Positions 1 to 12,004 of a stretch of 64,000 bases of DNA are shown one piece after another. The DNA is from Octopus sinensis (lineage: Eukaryota): the NCBI RefSeq assembly GCF_006345805.1, contig NC_043008.1, positions 59,768,001 to 59,832,000 of the forward strand, in the 5' to 3' direction. How positions within the stretch are numbered: the stretch's first letter is position 1; each line of letters starts with the position of its first letter. Made by a program: the position numbers and the translations under genes. The notes under the pieces are model-generated. The model saw nothing but the letters and a program-made list of their open reading frames with translations. It had not been told where the DNA came from and did no database searches.

Positions 1-108
1 ATCATGGCTACCGAATAATTGTCACATATTATATTTACACACACACAATATAGGTGCAGGCATGGTTGAGTGGTTAAGACGCTCACGTATATATATATAT
101 AATATATA

Positions 109-151
<43 letters not shown>

Positions 152-170
152 ATATATGTATATATATATA

Positions 171-330
171 CGTGACGGACTTCCGTATGGCTTCCGTTTA
201 CCAAATTCACTCACAAAGCATTAATGGGCCCGATGCTTTAATAGAATATATCTATTGAAGGTACTGCGCTGAACCCGAAACCACGTGGTTACAAAGTGAG
301 CGTCTTAACCACGCAAGCATGCCTGCACAT
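171..330 (-). mobile_element. tRNA-derived SINE family A, 5' half
   Basis: Reverse complement matches the 5' half of the SINE at 10064 (CCAAATTCACTCACAAAGC...GAACCCGAAACCACGTGGTT). Confidence 0.7.
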
Positions 331-794
331 ATAATTCACTTTTTACAAGGGGAGATCAACGTGTCGTTGCTAACTTTCTGACTGAAAACGAAATAAAACA
401 AAACAAAACAAAACGAAACAAAAACAACAACAAATGTCATAACCGCTCTTGTAAAAGCATTTCTATACTTGATAGCATTCCCGACGAGAACGACAAGATT
501 GATAGACTCTTTGCCTTCTTTCAAGTCCCACTGAGTTTTTTCAGTTAATGTGAAGCCAGGAGGATATTTCACCAGAGTTCAAGAACTCCTTAAAAGTTCA
601 TCGTTACAAAAAGAATAAAAATCGTAAGTGCTGCGGCAACGGACTAGGAATATCTCTGCGGTCAATCGCTTGGAATATCCTCCTCCGAGTCATGTGGAGT
701 CTATTGACTGTCAACTCTTAACATGGTTTTTTGAGAAATAGTGCGGCTAGGGTGAGAGGCGCAAGGTGTTTGTAGTAACAATGCATACCTACCA

Positions 795-894
<100 letters not shown>

Positions 895-2106
895 CAGGCT
901 CTTCGTAGACGACGGTGAACAGGTGTGGTTGCCGTTTGTGAGGCACGCTTTCCCGCAGCTCGTCTCCATGACCGAACTGCAGTCGTGGCTCAAAAAGAGG
1001 CCGAGGAAGGGCGAATGACACCGCGAGTGTCACGTTGCTCTCAAGCAACTCTGCCGTCCCGGGTCGACCTTGAGTGACTCCATCACAACCCAAGCATTCT
1101 ATAGGGGATTAGAGGAGGGGAGGTACGACGACGAGCTCGGGGCGAACCTGGACGTCGACGAGGAATACCTGACCCGCCTGTTCGGGATGACTTTCGGGCC
1201 AGGGCCCATGGACAACTTCCAGAGATCCCTGGCCTGGTAGTGCTACCGAGAAGCGCTACCTGTTCGGGATAAGCTCTACAGACTCGGCTCGAGAAACACG
1301 GGGCCGACCTGCCCGAGATGCGGTCAGAGCGACGAAACCGTTCTGCAAGCACTCGTGCAGTGTCCAACAATTTCCGACCTGTGGGCTTATGTCGAACAAC
1401 TGCTGTCATGTGTGGGACGAGTCGGTTTATCAGCTGAGTCTATCTTCAATATTGTCACACCTTCCTTCAAACGGGAAGGAAGAGCTATTTTCATCATCTT
1501 TGTTGCTATGGCGAAAGAATGCATCTGGTGGACGCGTCTAAAAGGATTGGAGACAAACACTTTCCTCTTTGGTCAATCTCTCATCAACTTCTTCAAGTAC
1601 CACTTGAAAAGGAAAGTGAGAGTAGAGAGGCAAGTTTTGTCTAGCGAATGTTTTAAAAAAAGATGGGTGAACGTAGCAAGAATGGCACGTATGAATGACG
1701 AAGCCACCTTGAGCATAATCCTATGAACCCAGAAATTGAAAACAGAGGGTCACCCACTTGCAAACAAATGTGGTAACATATAACAATATTGACCAAGGTT
1801 ACCGTGGTTTTTTGTAGGCTTTTCTTCCCACGGATAAACCTTATCTGCTTCCCCCTTTACACCGTACATCATGACACTGTGATACACGATCCCTACTGAT
1901 CGTTTTTTCCTCTTCTCCTTTTTTCCTCTTTTTCTTCTTTTTCTTTTTTCTTTTCTTTTCTTTCTTTACCTTTTGTTTCTTTTTTTCTTTTTTCCCTTTT
2001 ACGATCCCTTTTGATCGAAAACCTACGCCACTTTTTTTTTTCATCTCCCAAAAGAAAAGCTCTACCTTGTAATTTGTTCCATCTGTGTGCAGCCCTGTGT
2101 GAACAA
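895..2106 (+). mobile_element. 5'-truncated Tx1/L1-clade LINE (ORF2 C-terminus plus 3' UTR)
   Basis: Frame +2 is continuous from 893 to 1726 with stops at 1016 and 1238. It reads ...LAW*CYREALPVRDKLYRLG...PTCPRCGQSDETVLQALVQCP..., the zf-RVT-type C-x2-C...H...C end of L1/Tx1 ORF2 (H changed to Q). The 3' UTR recurs at 11100 and 46576. Confidence 0.8.
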
Positions 2107-2124
2107 TATCTATCTATCTGTCTG

Positions 2125-2194
<70 letters not shown>

Positions 2195-2354
2195 AGTCTG
2201 TCTGTCTGTCTGTCTACCAACATACTTATCTCTCTCTTTCTCTTTCTCTTTCTCTTTCTCTCTCTCTCTTTCCCTCTCTTTCTCTCTTTCTCTCTTTCTC
2301 TTTCTCTTTCTGTCTCTCTCTCCCTCTCTGTCTCTTTCTCTCTCTCTCTACCTT

Positions 2355-2441
<87 letters not shown>

Positions 2442-2445
2442 TTCC
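2107..2445 (+). repeat. (TCTA)n/(TCTG)n/(TC)n compound microsatellite
   Basis: Direct inspection. Confidence 0.95.
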
Positions 2446-2599
2446 ATTCAATTGTCTGATTTTTTTCCATTATGGAGGCAGTCAACGGAACGCTGGCGTG
2501 TTTATAGCCTACAAGAAATTACAACACGAACATTATTAACCTCATTACACCTTACACTAAAATTCAGTCGCAGGCAATAGCTTTTACGTTATGCCCCCT

Positions 2600-2900
2600 C
2601 TCCGACCCTGCCAACCACTGCCGCTCCTTTCCATAATCTCAAATGCGATAGAAGCTGTTACAAAACAAACGCTTCCTTCATCGTCTCCAATCTCACTAAG
2701 CAATCACCAGTCTGGCTTCCGCAGAGCCTGATCGGCTGGAGACTTACACTCCTATATCATTCAATAGAAGTCTTTCACTTATATCAATTTCAGCGAACAC
2801 AATATTATTGCACATGGCCTCAACACAGGCAGACATTTTCCCAGCTAAATTACCAATCTATAGCCTCCAGACATCTTTTATCTCTTAGATGGTATCCTTT
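2600..2900 (+). pseudogene. Degraded non-LTR reverse transcriptase fragment (Jockey/CR1-like)
   Basis: LSNHQSGFRRA*SAGDLHSYI at about 2696-2760 resembles the conserved (H/N)Q-x-GFR-x-x-RST-x-D-L RT motif; many stops and frameshifts. Confidence 0.45.
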
Positions 2901-3403
2901 TCAGTGGGCGCTACGGAGTTCCGACTAACCCATATTTTATCAACTCTAGCGTACATCTATGTTCAGCTACATCACCTACACACTTCTATCTGAAAATTAG
3001 CAATTTTCTTGTCACAGATATCTTCTCCCAATCAGACGATACTACTGTTTTACCGTTCCACACGTATGCGTTATTCACAAATAACCTAGAGGCTTCTTGC
3101 TAGACCTGCACCACTACCTATGTCCCCAGAGACCTTGTTTATATTTTTCAGTGAGCTAATAATGATTCTCTTTAAGAAAGAGAGAGAGAGAAAGAGAGAG
3201 AAAGAAAAAGTGAAACACACACACACACACACACTTCAACAGTAATTTAACAGTTTATATCCACAGATTCTAACAGAAACCAGATGGTGAAAATATCAAT
3301 TTTCACAAATGTAATGTATAGCTGTTTAATGCTAATATCGCTTGCTACCACTAATGCTATTGCTGTTGTTATTATCTATTATTTAGATTTGCCGCTGATG
3401 ATG

Positions 3404-3466
<63 letters not shown>

Positions 3467-3996
3467 GGCTCTCATGGCTTCTGATCTTAACTGATTGGAA
3501 GTGTTATCATGTACATTGTTTTGTCTTGGTATAAAAGATGGGCTACAGCAAATATTCTGCTCAATACCACAGATTTGCTTGTCAGTTGTTTGACCTTAAC
3601 CAGTTGAGCATGTCCCTGAGTGGCTGACGATATGTGCATCTCTGATCACGAGCAGAGTAGTGGTGGAGCATCATAGCCATGTGTTGAGAGGGATTCTTTG
3701 GGGTTTGAATAATTCACCTCTGGAAACATGGGTGGTTCTTTCAACATCCTTAAACAACCCTTATTCAGGGACCTTTTGAGCGGGATGGGTTACTCGATCT
3801 GAAGAAAATTCTAACTGGGCTCCACCTGCAAGGTCATGTGCTGTTTATCTTGATATGAGATCACCATGTCGCGCACATATGGTTGTGATGCATGTGCCTG
3901 GTGTACCCTTATCAGACAGGTAGTCATGATGGGTATACTGGGCTTCGTATATTTTACCCCAGTGTCACTTTGATGGCATGCTCTGCTCGCTCACTC
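3467..3996. mobile_element. About 530-bp non-coding dispersed element flanked by (AAT)n
   Basis: Colinear second copy at 31636-32187; both ends abut AAT-type tracts. Confidence 0.75.
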
Positions 3997-4036
<40 letters not shown>

Positions 4037-4066
4037 TAATAATAATAATAATATAATAATAATAAT

Positions 4067-4247
4067 CCTTTCTACTGAAGCCACAAGGACTGAAATTTGG
4101 TGGGAAGGAGGTCAGTTGATTAGATCAACCCCAGTACGCAACTGGTGCTTAATATATTGACCCCAAAAGAATGAAAGGCAAAGTCGACCTCGGCGGAATT
4201 TGAACTCAGAACGTAACGACAGACGAAATACCTCTGAGCATTTTGCC
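4067..4247 (-). mobile_element. SINE family B
   Basis: Diagnostic GAAAGGCAAAGTCGACCTCGGCGGAATTTGAACTCAGAACGTAA; its reverse complement contains the B-box-like GAGTTCAAATTCC. Confidence 0.8.
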
Positions 4248-4249
4248 AA

Positions 4250-4295
4250 GACACCTGATGAAGGCTGGAGGGTATATCAGCCGAAACGTTGTGTT
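4250..4295 (+). ncRNA. Minimal type I hammerhead ribozyme motif (family H1)
   Basis: GACAC-CUGAUGA-A-GGCUG(GAGGGUAUAU)CAGCC-GAA-ACGU-U-GUGUU: intact core, 5-bp helix II, helix I GACAC/GUGUU, palindromic ACGU in place of helix III. Confidence 0.7.
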
Positions 4296-4629
4296 AATAA
4301 CAAACAAGATGAAGACAAATATCCGTCAACTGTAAATAATGTAAATAATGGACCATATATATATATATTGCTGGTAAGGAAATCGTATTTCGTTATGTAA
4401 GCATAATATAGCCCCAAATATATTAAAGAATTATAAGCCAATATGACATCTCATTATGTTAGAAATTAGAGTCACCACTGATTTGTTTGGGTTAGGGTTA
4501 GTGGGTGCAACTAAAAGTTTCAGCGGAAATTTGATTTTTTGTTGCCTAAATGCAATATTTTAATAAAAAATATTACCTTGTATAATTTGCTTGAACAAGG
4601 TCCAAAATATACATACACATATATAAGGA

Positions 4630-4960
4630 TCCCTTCGGTCATGGATGACTATAAGATTGAACTTAGAAAGACCCCTTCCGGCGCACAAATCCGGGAAAAG
4701 TTGTTTGTGGAAGACCAGCAATTGCCCATGCGTACCAGTTTTTCCTCTCAACGCCACCGATGTTATCCAAGGGAAAAGCAAAATCTGATACAGCTTGGCA
4801 CCAGTGATGTTGCAACTTGTTTCTGTAGCTCTATAGCTGAGTGAACTGGAGCAATACGAAATAAAGTATCATGTTCAAGAACACAACACACTACCCGGAA
4901 TTGAACTCACTACCTCTCAATCGTAAGGCCGACACCCTAACCACTGAGCCACTGTACTTT
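4630..4960 (-). mobile_element. tRNA-head SINE family C
   Basis: Reverse complement has a tRNA-like head (GGCTCAGTGGTTAGG...GAGTTCAATTCC) and a body shared with 59465-59720. Confidence 0.7.
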
Positions 4961-5289
4961 CACCTAAATACTTATATACATATAATCTTTTGGAAAATCT
5001 ATTGCCATGATTTTTAACTTGATCAAGAGTTTTAACAGTAAACTAGAAATATTTTTATATGATTTAGATTTTGGTTGTTTCAAGTATTTCGCAAGAAAAA
5101 ATTTCTGAAAGAAACCAACTCTAAGAATCTTCAGCATCACTTAGAACAGTTTCTAGAAGTTCTAAAAGCGTTAGATGAGCTGTTTCTTCCCTTTATATTT
5201 GTGCAATTCAAATAGTGGGAGAAAACAATATTGTTTATAAAATATCACGATGGAGAACGAATCTGAATTTAAATGAAGATGGACAAGAT

Positions 5290-5530
5290 ATCCGGAGCCA
5301 TATAGACTCATAAGGGCCGGTTTCTTGGTTTCATGACGAATATATTTCCCACCTGGACGGGACGGCGGTCCGTCGCAGGATTACTCATTTTTGCCCGCTG
5401 AGTGGATTGGAGCAACGTGAAAAGAAGTGTTTTGCTCAAGAACACAGCGCATCGCCCCCTCCATGAATCGAAACCACAATCTTACGATAATGAGTCCAAT
5501 ACCTTTAACCACTAACCCACGTGCTTCCAC
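5290..5530 (-). mobile_element. tRNA-head SINE (family C body, alternative tail)
   Basis: Body CTCATTTTTGCCCGCTGAGTGGATTGGAGCAACGTG is shared with 17650; tail is shared with 57245. Confidence 0.7.
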
Positions 5531-6176
5531 AATGCAGTTGTGTTGTTGGATTTATGATCTAGAAATGCAAGCAAGTTTGGATTGGAAGTCGGCATTTAAT
5601 CTAATCCAATCCAATTTGCGAGCAAAAATTCATTACATTTAAAAACGATTCAGGAGAAATTGAACGTGTATATATATATATATATATATGCGCAATTGTG
5701 AATAAGCATTCAACACGTGAACATCTATGTGCCTGGAATTAAATTCTTGAAAATTTATATATTCTTAAAATTCTTAGAAAAGCTTCTCTAAATTATCTTG
5801 CTCATCATTATATTCATGTGAAATAATTTTCACGGCATTAAATAATGTAAAGACGAACCAACGAAACAGAATAAGTAATGAGTGGAGTGCCGTGTAGCAT
5901 TAATGTAGAAATGCTATGTTATTTCCACAAAACAACGTCTTCCGAACTCACCAACAAAAGAGTCATTAGCGTTACGCTAAACTTTTAGAATTTTATTTTA
6001 TCATAGTTTAATAAGCTTATTTTAAAATTTCAAATTAAAATAACGATGTGTTTAACATTTATGTACAAACGTAAGTATTAACTGCACAAAATGTATGTAT
6101 AAACGCAGGTCAGTACTACTTATATTTTGTCTATTTGCGACTTATGAGCTGAAGAGACTTGTGAGTGAAAAAATAC

Positions 6177-6602
6177 GGGATCTTTTCGCTTTGAACGGCA
6201 GTTTTTTTCTAGCGGTGTCATATGAAATTGTCACCCATAATTATGACCCTAGTATCGATCTATTGCATTTCAATCTATTTCAGGGTTAGGGTTAGTTAGG
6301 GTTAGGGGTGGGGGGAAGGTATCTTTTTTTCTTCAGAAATGTAAATAAACCCAATCTGTTTCTTAAACGAGGGACATATTCATACGGCACAGAATGTTGT
6401 TTACCTCAATGGACGTCAGTGATTGGTTGAAATTGCAGAAATTGAAGAAAAAAAACAACAAATATCTTACAAACCATAGAATTTTCTCAATAAAGCCAAG
6501 AGAAAAAGATGTTTTATAAACACATTCTACCAGTATACGAAGTTTAAATTTTTTTAGTTACCTAGAAATTATGTTAAAAACTGCCGTTCAAACCGAAAAG
6601 AT
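6177..6602. mobile_element. MITE with about 25-bp TIRs (possibly PIF/Harbinger-like) carrying internal TTAGGG units
   Basis: GGGATCTTTTCGCTTTGAACGGCAGTTTTT at 6177 and AAAAACTGCCGTTCAAACCGAAAAGAT ending at 6602. Confidence 0.7.
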
Positions 6603-6694
6603 ACAAATTATGTATGACAAAAACTGTACAGAATGTCGTCGGCGGATCACCAGCTTTTAAATCTGCCATATTTGATCTAATATTCTACCTGCTT

Positions 6695-6853
6695 CGTTTG
6701 TCTTTACGTTCTGAGTTCAAATTCCGCCGAGGTCGACTTTGTCTTTCTTCCTTTCGGGGGGTCGATAAATTAAGTACCAGTTGCATACTGGGGCGATCTA
6801 ATCGACAGGTCTCCTCCCCAGAAATTTCGGGCTTTGTTCCTAGAGTAGAAAAG
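6695..6853 (+). mobile_element. 5'-truncated SINE family B with 16-bp direct repeat
   Basis: AATATTCTACCTGCTT at 6679-6694 and 6854-6869 flanks the SINE body. Confidence 0.8.
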
Positions 6854-7782
6854 AATATTCTACCTGCTTTATATTCAGACTGACAGATCCGGTCTCTCTC
6901 ACCTACCCTACAATGTCATCCTGAAGATAAACAACTGCATCATCGAAATCTCAAAGCCACGAGACAATATACGATTAATTCAAAACTATGTGAATAAATA
7001 ATGAATACATTTGACAGAGTAATCTTAATGCTAAAGAGTTAAGGCGAGGTATCAAATATACGGCTTGTGGTAACGTTTAGTCTGGTCCCGGCTTAATTCT
7101 AAGCAACTTCTACCCTAAAAAAAAAATAAAAATAAAGAAAAACCTTATTATTTTATTTTAAAGTATTCTCTGAGTTATATATCGCTAACATGTGTTCGGA
7201 GTCGAGATTGACAGCGGTTCCTACTACTTAAATTAGTGCACGTTAGAGAAGCTTTGTTAAATTAACCTACGAAAAAGAAAAAGAAAGCAAAAAAAAAAGC
7301 TTATGAATCCTTATACAAAAAGAAGCGACTTATTTCCCCTTCATTTTAAACATGCTGGGCAAAACGAAAGTTTTGTTTTCATATTTACTAGGTGTTACTG
7401 CTTTCTGTCAATCAGTGTTCTTATCAAGAACTTTATGGCGCATACTGGGACAATTTCTGCTACGGCTTTAACTTTAAGATCTCCTTTTCAGTTTTTTTTT
7501 TTATGTATCTCTCTGCGCAACGTTTGCGAAAACTTTACATTCTTATCTCTCGTTATTGTTAATAAAGTCGTTATGCTGTGTATAGATGTAATCAATAAAG
7601 AGGAAAGAAAGAAAAAAAAGACAAAGGGATGAACAGGAACAATTATAACAACACGAACAACGACAACCATCAAACTGATGATGAGTAAGACTTCAACTGC
7701 CAGAATTTAAAAACAAACAAAAAGAAAACATAAAGTAACGAAGAAGGTAAGGTTGAACGACAAAAAGAAACGTAGAAGGAAT

Positions 7783-7975
7783 CTTTTCTACTCTAGGAAC
7801 AAGGCCCGAAATTTTGGGGATTAGATCGACCGTAGTACGCAACTGGTACTTAATTTATCGACCTCGAAAGGAAAAGTCGACCTCGCCGACATTTGAACTC
7901 AGAACGTAAAGGTAGACGAAACACCACTAAACATTTCAATCGTTGTGCTAACGCTTCTGCCAGCTCACCGCCTTA
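7783..7975 (-). mobile_element. SINE family B
   Basis: Family B body plus head (GCTAACGCTTCTGCCAGCTCACCGCCTTA). Confidence 0.8.
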
Positions 7976-8199
7976 AATGAAAGAAGGAATGCATGAGTTT
8001 TAATTTTTCAGCTACGGACCATTTTAGCGATCAGTGAGTGTTGAAGAAAATCTTTGTTTTCAATGAAAGTAAATATTTAGAAATCGCACCCCTGTTTCCC
8101 TCACCGCTTTCTTAAAGGACTGCGTGTATATGTGTGTAAGTGCGTGCGTACCTTGCTAGCTAGATAAATAGAAAGAGACAGTTTAGATAGCCACCCCTT

Positions 8200-8268
<69 letters not shown>

Positions 8269-8530
8269 AACACACACACGTACACACACACATACACACA
8301 TACATACACATTATATCAACAGACAGACAAACGAATAAAATATGCTGAAACGACAAAGATTGACTTTGTTCAGGATTATGTGTGTGTATGAGTGCACGCG
8401 TGTGTGTGTATATATGTATATGTATATATGTACATACATATATATATGTATATATATATATCTGTATGTGTGCATATATAGATGCATACATGTATATACA
8501 TATATATGTAAACATATACACACACACACA

Positions 8531-8583
<53 letters not shown>

Positions 8584-9321
8584 ATATATATATAATATAT
8601 ATATATATATCTATACACACAAATATGTACATGTTTATGTAGGTATGTAAATCTCGATGTTTATCTATCGAGCTATTTAGCTAGCTGCACACACATATAC
8701 ACACATATACACACATATATACACACTAATTGCATGTGTATGCGTGAGTGTGTCTATGTGCAAGTATTCACTATACTTTTTACACGTATTTGTCAAATGA
8801 ATGTTTTATAGATTTGTATATGAATGAGCTTTTCATATATATATATATAATATATATATATACATGCTTGCATGCATATATGCATATATGCACATGTGTG
8901 TGACTATATATATATATGTATGTATATCACACATACTACTCTGTTGGCCTCTAATTAATTTCTCCATCACTAGTACCGTTCATAAAAATTATCAATGGGC
9001 TATATATAATATATCATTCCGTTCGTTAGTGATTCTTATTTTAGAACCTTATCGTTATCTCTGTAATGTATATTTGATAAGATATGTGTCGTGTCGCGCA
9101 GAACAAAAGGTGGGATAAGAGCCGAATCAGATGAAACAGTTTATTGCGTTGCGGGTTCAATTCTATGCTGCTGCAATGAATTAACATCGTTGGCGTCCTT
9201 GATGTCCTTGAGAGATATTTGTCCATCGTAATTAGAGTCAGACACAATCTTAAATACGCACGCAAGTGCTCAGACATACACGCACGCATGCATACACACA
9301 TGTATGAATGTATTCATACTT

Positions 9322-9378
<57 letters not shown>

Positions 9379-9453
9379 GTGAACTTGACCCCTGGCTCGC
9401 CGAGATCTCGGATGAGCCAATATCTAAGCATGAAACTCAAAAGAGGGCAGTAG

Positions 9454-9489
9454 CATTGACGTTTCGAGCCTACGCTCTTCGACAGAAAG
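9454..9489 (-). ncRNA. Minimal hammerhead-like motif (family H2, CUGUCGA core)
   Basis: Reverse complement: CUUU-CUGUCGA-A-GAGC(GUAG)GCUC-GAA-ACGU-C-AAUG; one mismatch in helix I. Confidence 0.5.
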
Positions 9490-9527
9490 GAATAAGAGGG
9501 AAAATGGAGAGAGATTGAACGAAAAAA

Positions 9528-9576
<49 letters not shown>

Positions 9577-10063
9577 CATACATACATACATACACATATA
9601 TATTTGCACACATCTGAGCATCTAGGTGCAAAATATGGTGGAGAAAATAGTACTTGAATGCCAAAGGTAGAACGTCTGTATGTACGTACGTATGCATGTC
9701 TGTCTCTGTTTATTTCCTTGTATGTATGTATGTATGTATGTATGTATGTATGTATGTATGTATGTATGTATGCATGTATGTACATACGTATATCCGTTCG
9801 TGTTTGTCTCTCTCTCTGTCTATCTGCTTGTCTGTATGTATGTATGTACGCCAATCACTAACACTTGCCCTTTAAATTCTCATCATTTAGCAAGAGATAT
9901 AGGACACTTGGACACTGACCACACCAGTAACTCTAAGGCTTACATTTAACTAATTTCTACATGTTTTAAATTCCCTTTACTCCAACACGTATACATTCTT
10001 TTCAGAATATTCACAGGAATGACACTTCCCTTTCAACCTACACCTGAAATCTAAACAAACATA

Positions 10064-10247
10064 GGCGCAGGAGTGGCTGTGTGATAAGTAGCTTGCTTAT
10101 CAACCACATGGTTCCGGGTTCAGTCCCACTGCGGGGCACCTTGGGCAAGTGTTTTCTACTATAGCCTCGGGCCGACCAAAGCCTTGTGAGTGGATTTGAT
10201 AAACGGAAACTGAAAGAAGCCTGTCGTATATATGTACATGTATATAT

Positions 10248-10289
<42 letters not shown>

Positions 10290-10515
10290 TATATATATAT
10301 ATAGTGCGTGTTTGTGTGTCTGTGTTCGTCTCTCCCCCAACATCGCTTGACAACCGATGCTGGTGTGTTTACGTCCCCGTAACTTAGCGGTTCGGCAAAA
10401 GAGACCGATAGAATAAGTACTAGGCTTACGAAGAATAAGTCTTGGGGTCGATTTCCTCGACTAAAGGCAGTGCTCCAGCATGGCTGCAGTCAAATGACTG
10501 AAACAAATAAAAGAG
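10064..10515 (+). mobile_element. Full-length tRNA-derived SINE family A with internal (TA)n
   Basis: Head GGCGCAGGAGTGGCTGTGTGATAAG...GGGTTCAGTCCC (A/B-box-like), central (TA)n, tail GGCTGCAGTCAAATGACTGAAACAAATAAAAGAG; more than 10 relatives in the window. Confidence 0.85.
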
Positions 10516-11099
10516 TAAACTAGACATATCAATACAACTAAAAAATCAAAAAATTCTATCAACAACAAAATCATATTACTTGGATAAAGGGCACTGTAAC
10601 CTTTGTACGAGTGAAACTATGAGATTCTTTTGCCCAAACTATAATTTTCGAGAGATCCACCCAACAAATTTCTTTCTTGCTCACATTAATGTTTTAAAAC
10701 TTTCGATAATTTCCAACCCAATGCTTAATCTTGACACATAAATTTTATCTAGTCGTGCACTCAATTTTCTGCTTTGTTAGTTTACAATAGATGCAAAATA
10801 TCACCATGTCATCTTAACACTAAACTGCAATTCGATTTTGCTTACAATTTATTACTTTGAACCTCCTTCCCCATCAATAGAAATTTATCATATTTTCTTA
10901 AACTGTACCCTCAACCAGCTTCATATAATATGTTTTATCTTTTACCACACTTCCCTTATTCTTTTATATTTACAGTTGCATCTTTTTAACAGTATATATA
11001 TTTTTATAATGTATTCTGTATTTTCCAAGCCTTGTTTTAGGATTTTATTACTATCTATGGCGAGGCATCTTCACCACTGCTTCTAATCTATGCACTTTT

Positions 11100-11514
11100 C
11101 TTTTGTGAGCGAATGTTTAAAAAAAAAAGATGGGAGAATGTAGCAAGGATGGCACGTATGAATGACGAAGCCACCTTGAGCATAATCTTATGAACCCGGA
11201 AAAATTAAAAACAGAGTTACTTACTTGCAAATAAATGTGTTAACATGTGACATTATTGACCGAGGTTACCGTGGTCTTTTCCGTAGGCTTTTCTTTCCAC
11301 GGATAAACCTTATCTGCTTCCCCCTTTACACTTTACATCATGACATTTCTGTGATACATGATCCCCATTGATCGTTTTTTTTCTCTCTTTTTACGACCCC
11401 TTTTGATCGAAAACCTACCTCCTTTTTCTTTTTTCTTTTATTTTTCTTTTATTTTTTTCTCCCCCCAAAGAAAAGCTCTACGTTGTGTTCAGCCCTATGT
11501 GGCTAATAAAGAAA
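11100..11514 (+). mobile_element. Tx1/L1 LINE 3' end, copy 2
   Basis: GGCACGTATGAATGACGAAGCCACCTTGAGCATAATC is identical to 1684-1720; ends in AATAAAGAAA. Confidence 0.85.
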
Positions 11515-12004
11515 CATATTGTATTCCCATTATCCTTAGGAAACGTACGAGCTACGCGAAATTACGCCTATGTAATACTCCTTTATTTTATCTTTTAATA
11601 AAGCTTTACTTTCTATCTCTGTATACTTGTGTATGGATTTATATGCACGAATGCACATATATGTATGTAAATGTGTATGTGGATGTGTGTGTGGGTGTGT
11701 GTGTATACATGTGTCTTTTTGTGTATATATATATCTGTATCAATGCATATGTACTTGAATGTATGTATATTTAATCATTTCTCTTTAGACACAACATTCA
11801 CATACATATTTAAATAGAGGCATATGCATTTATAGATATATAGTATGTAGATTCAATAGAAGTGACCTCTTGTACATACACATACAGAGAAGCATAGATA
11901 CACACCTTCATACATATTTACGATTGTTCTTTTCCCCACATCTTACTATCGTCCAAAAATATTTTCCCCAAGCATTTGAATAAATTTCACTATATTCAAA
12001 TGTA

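Noticed and set aside
336-700. Minus frame open for about 95 codons with one stop (RRIFQAIDRRDIP...KYPPGFTLTEKTQWDL)
   Set aside because: No recognisable motif or usable splice sites; it ends in an (AAAAC)n tract.
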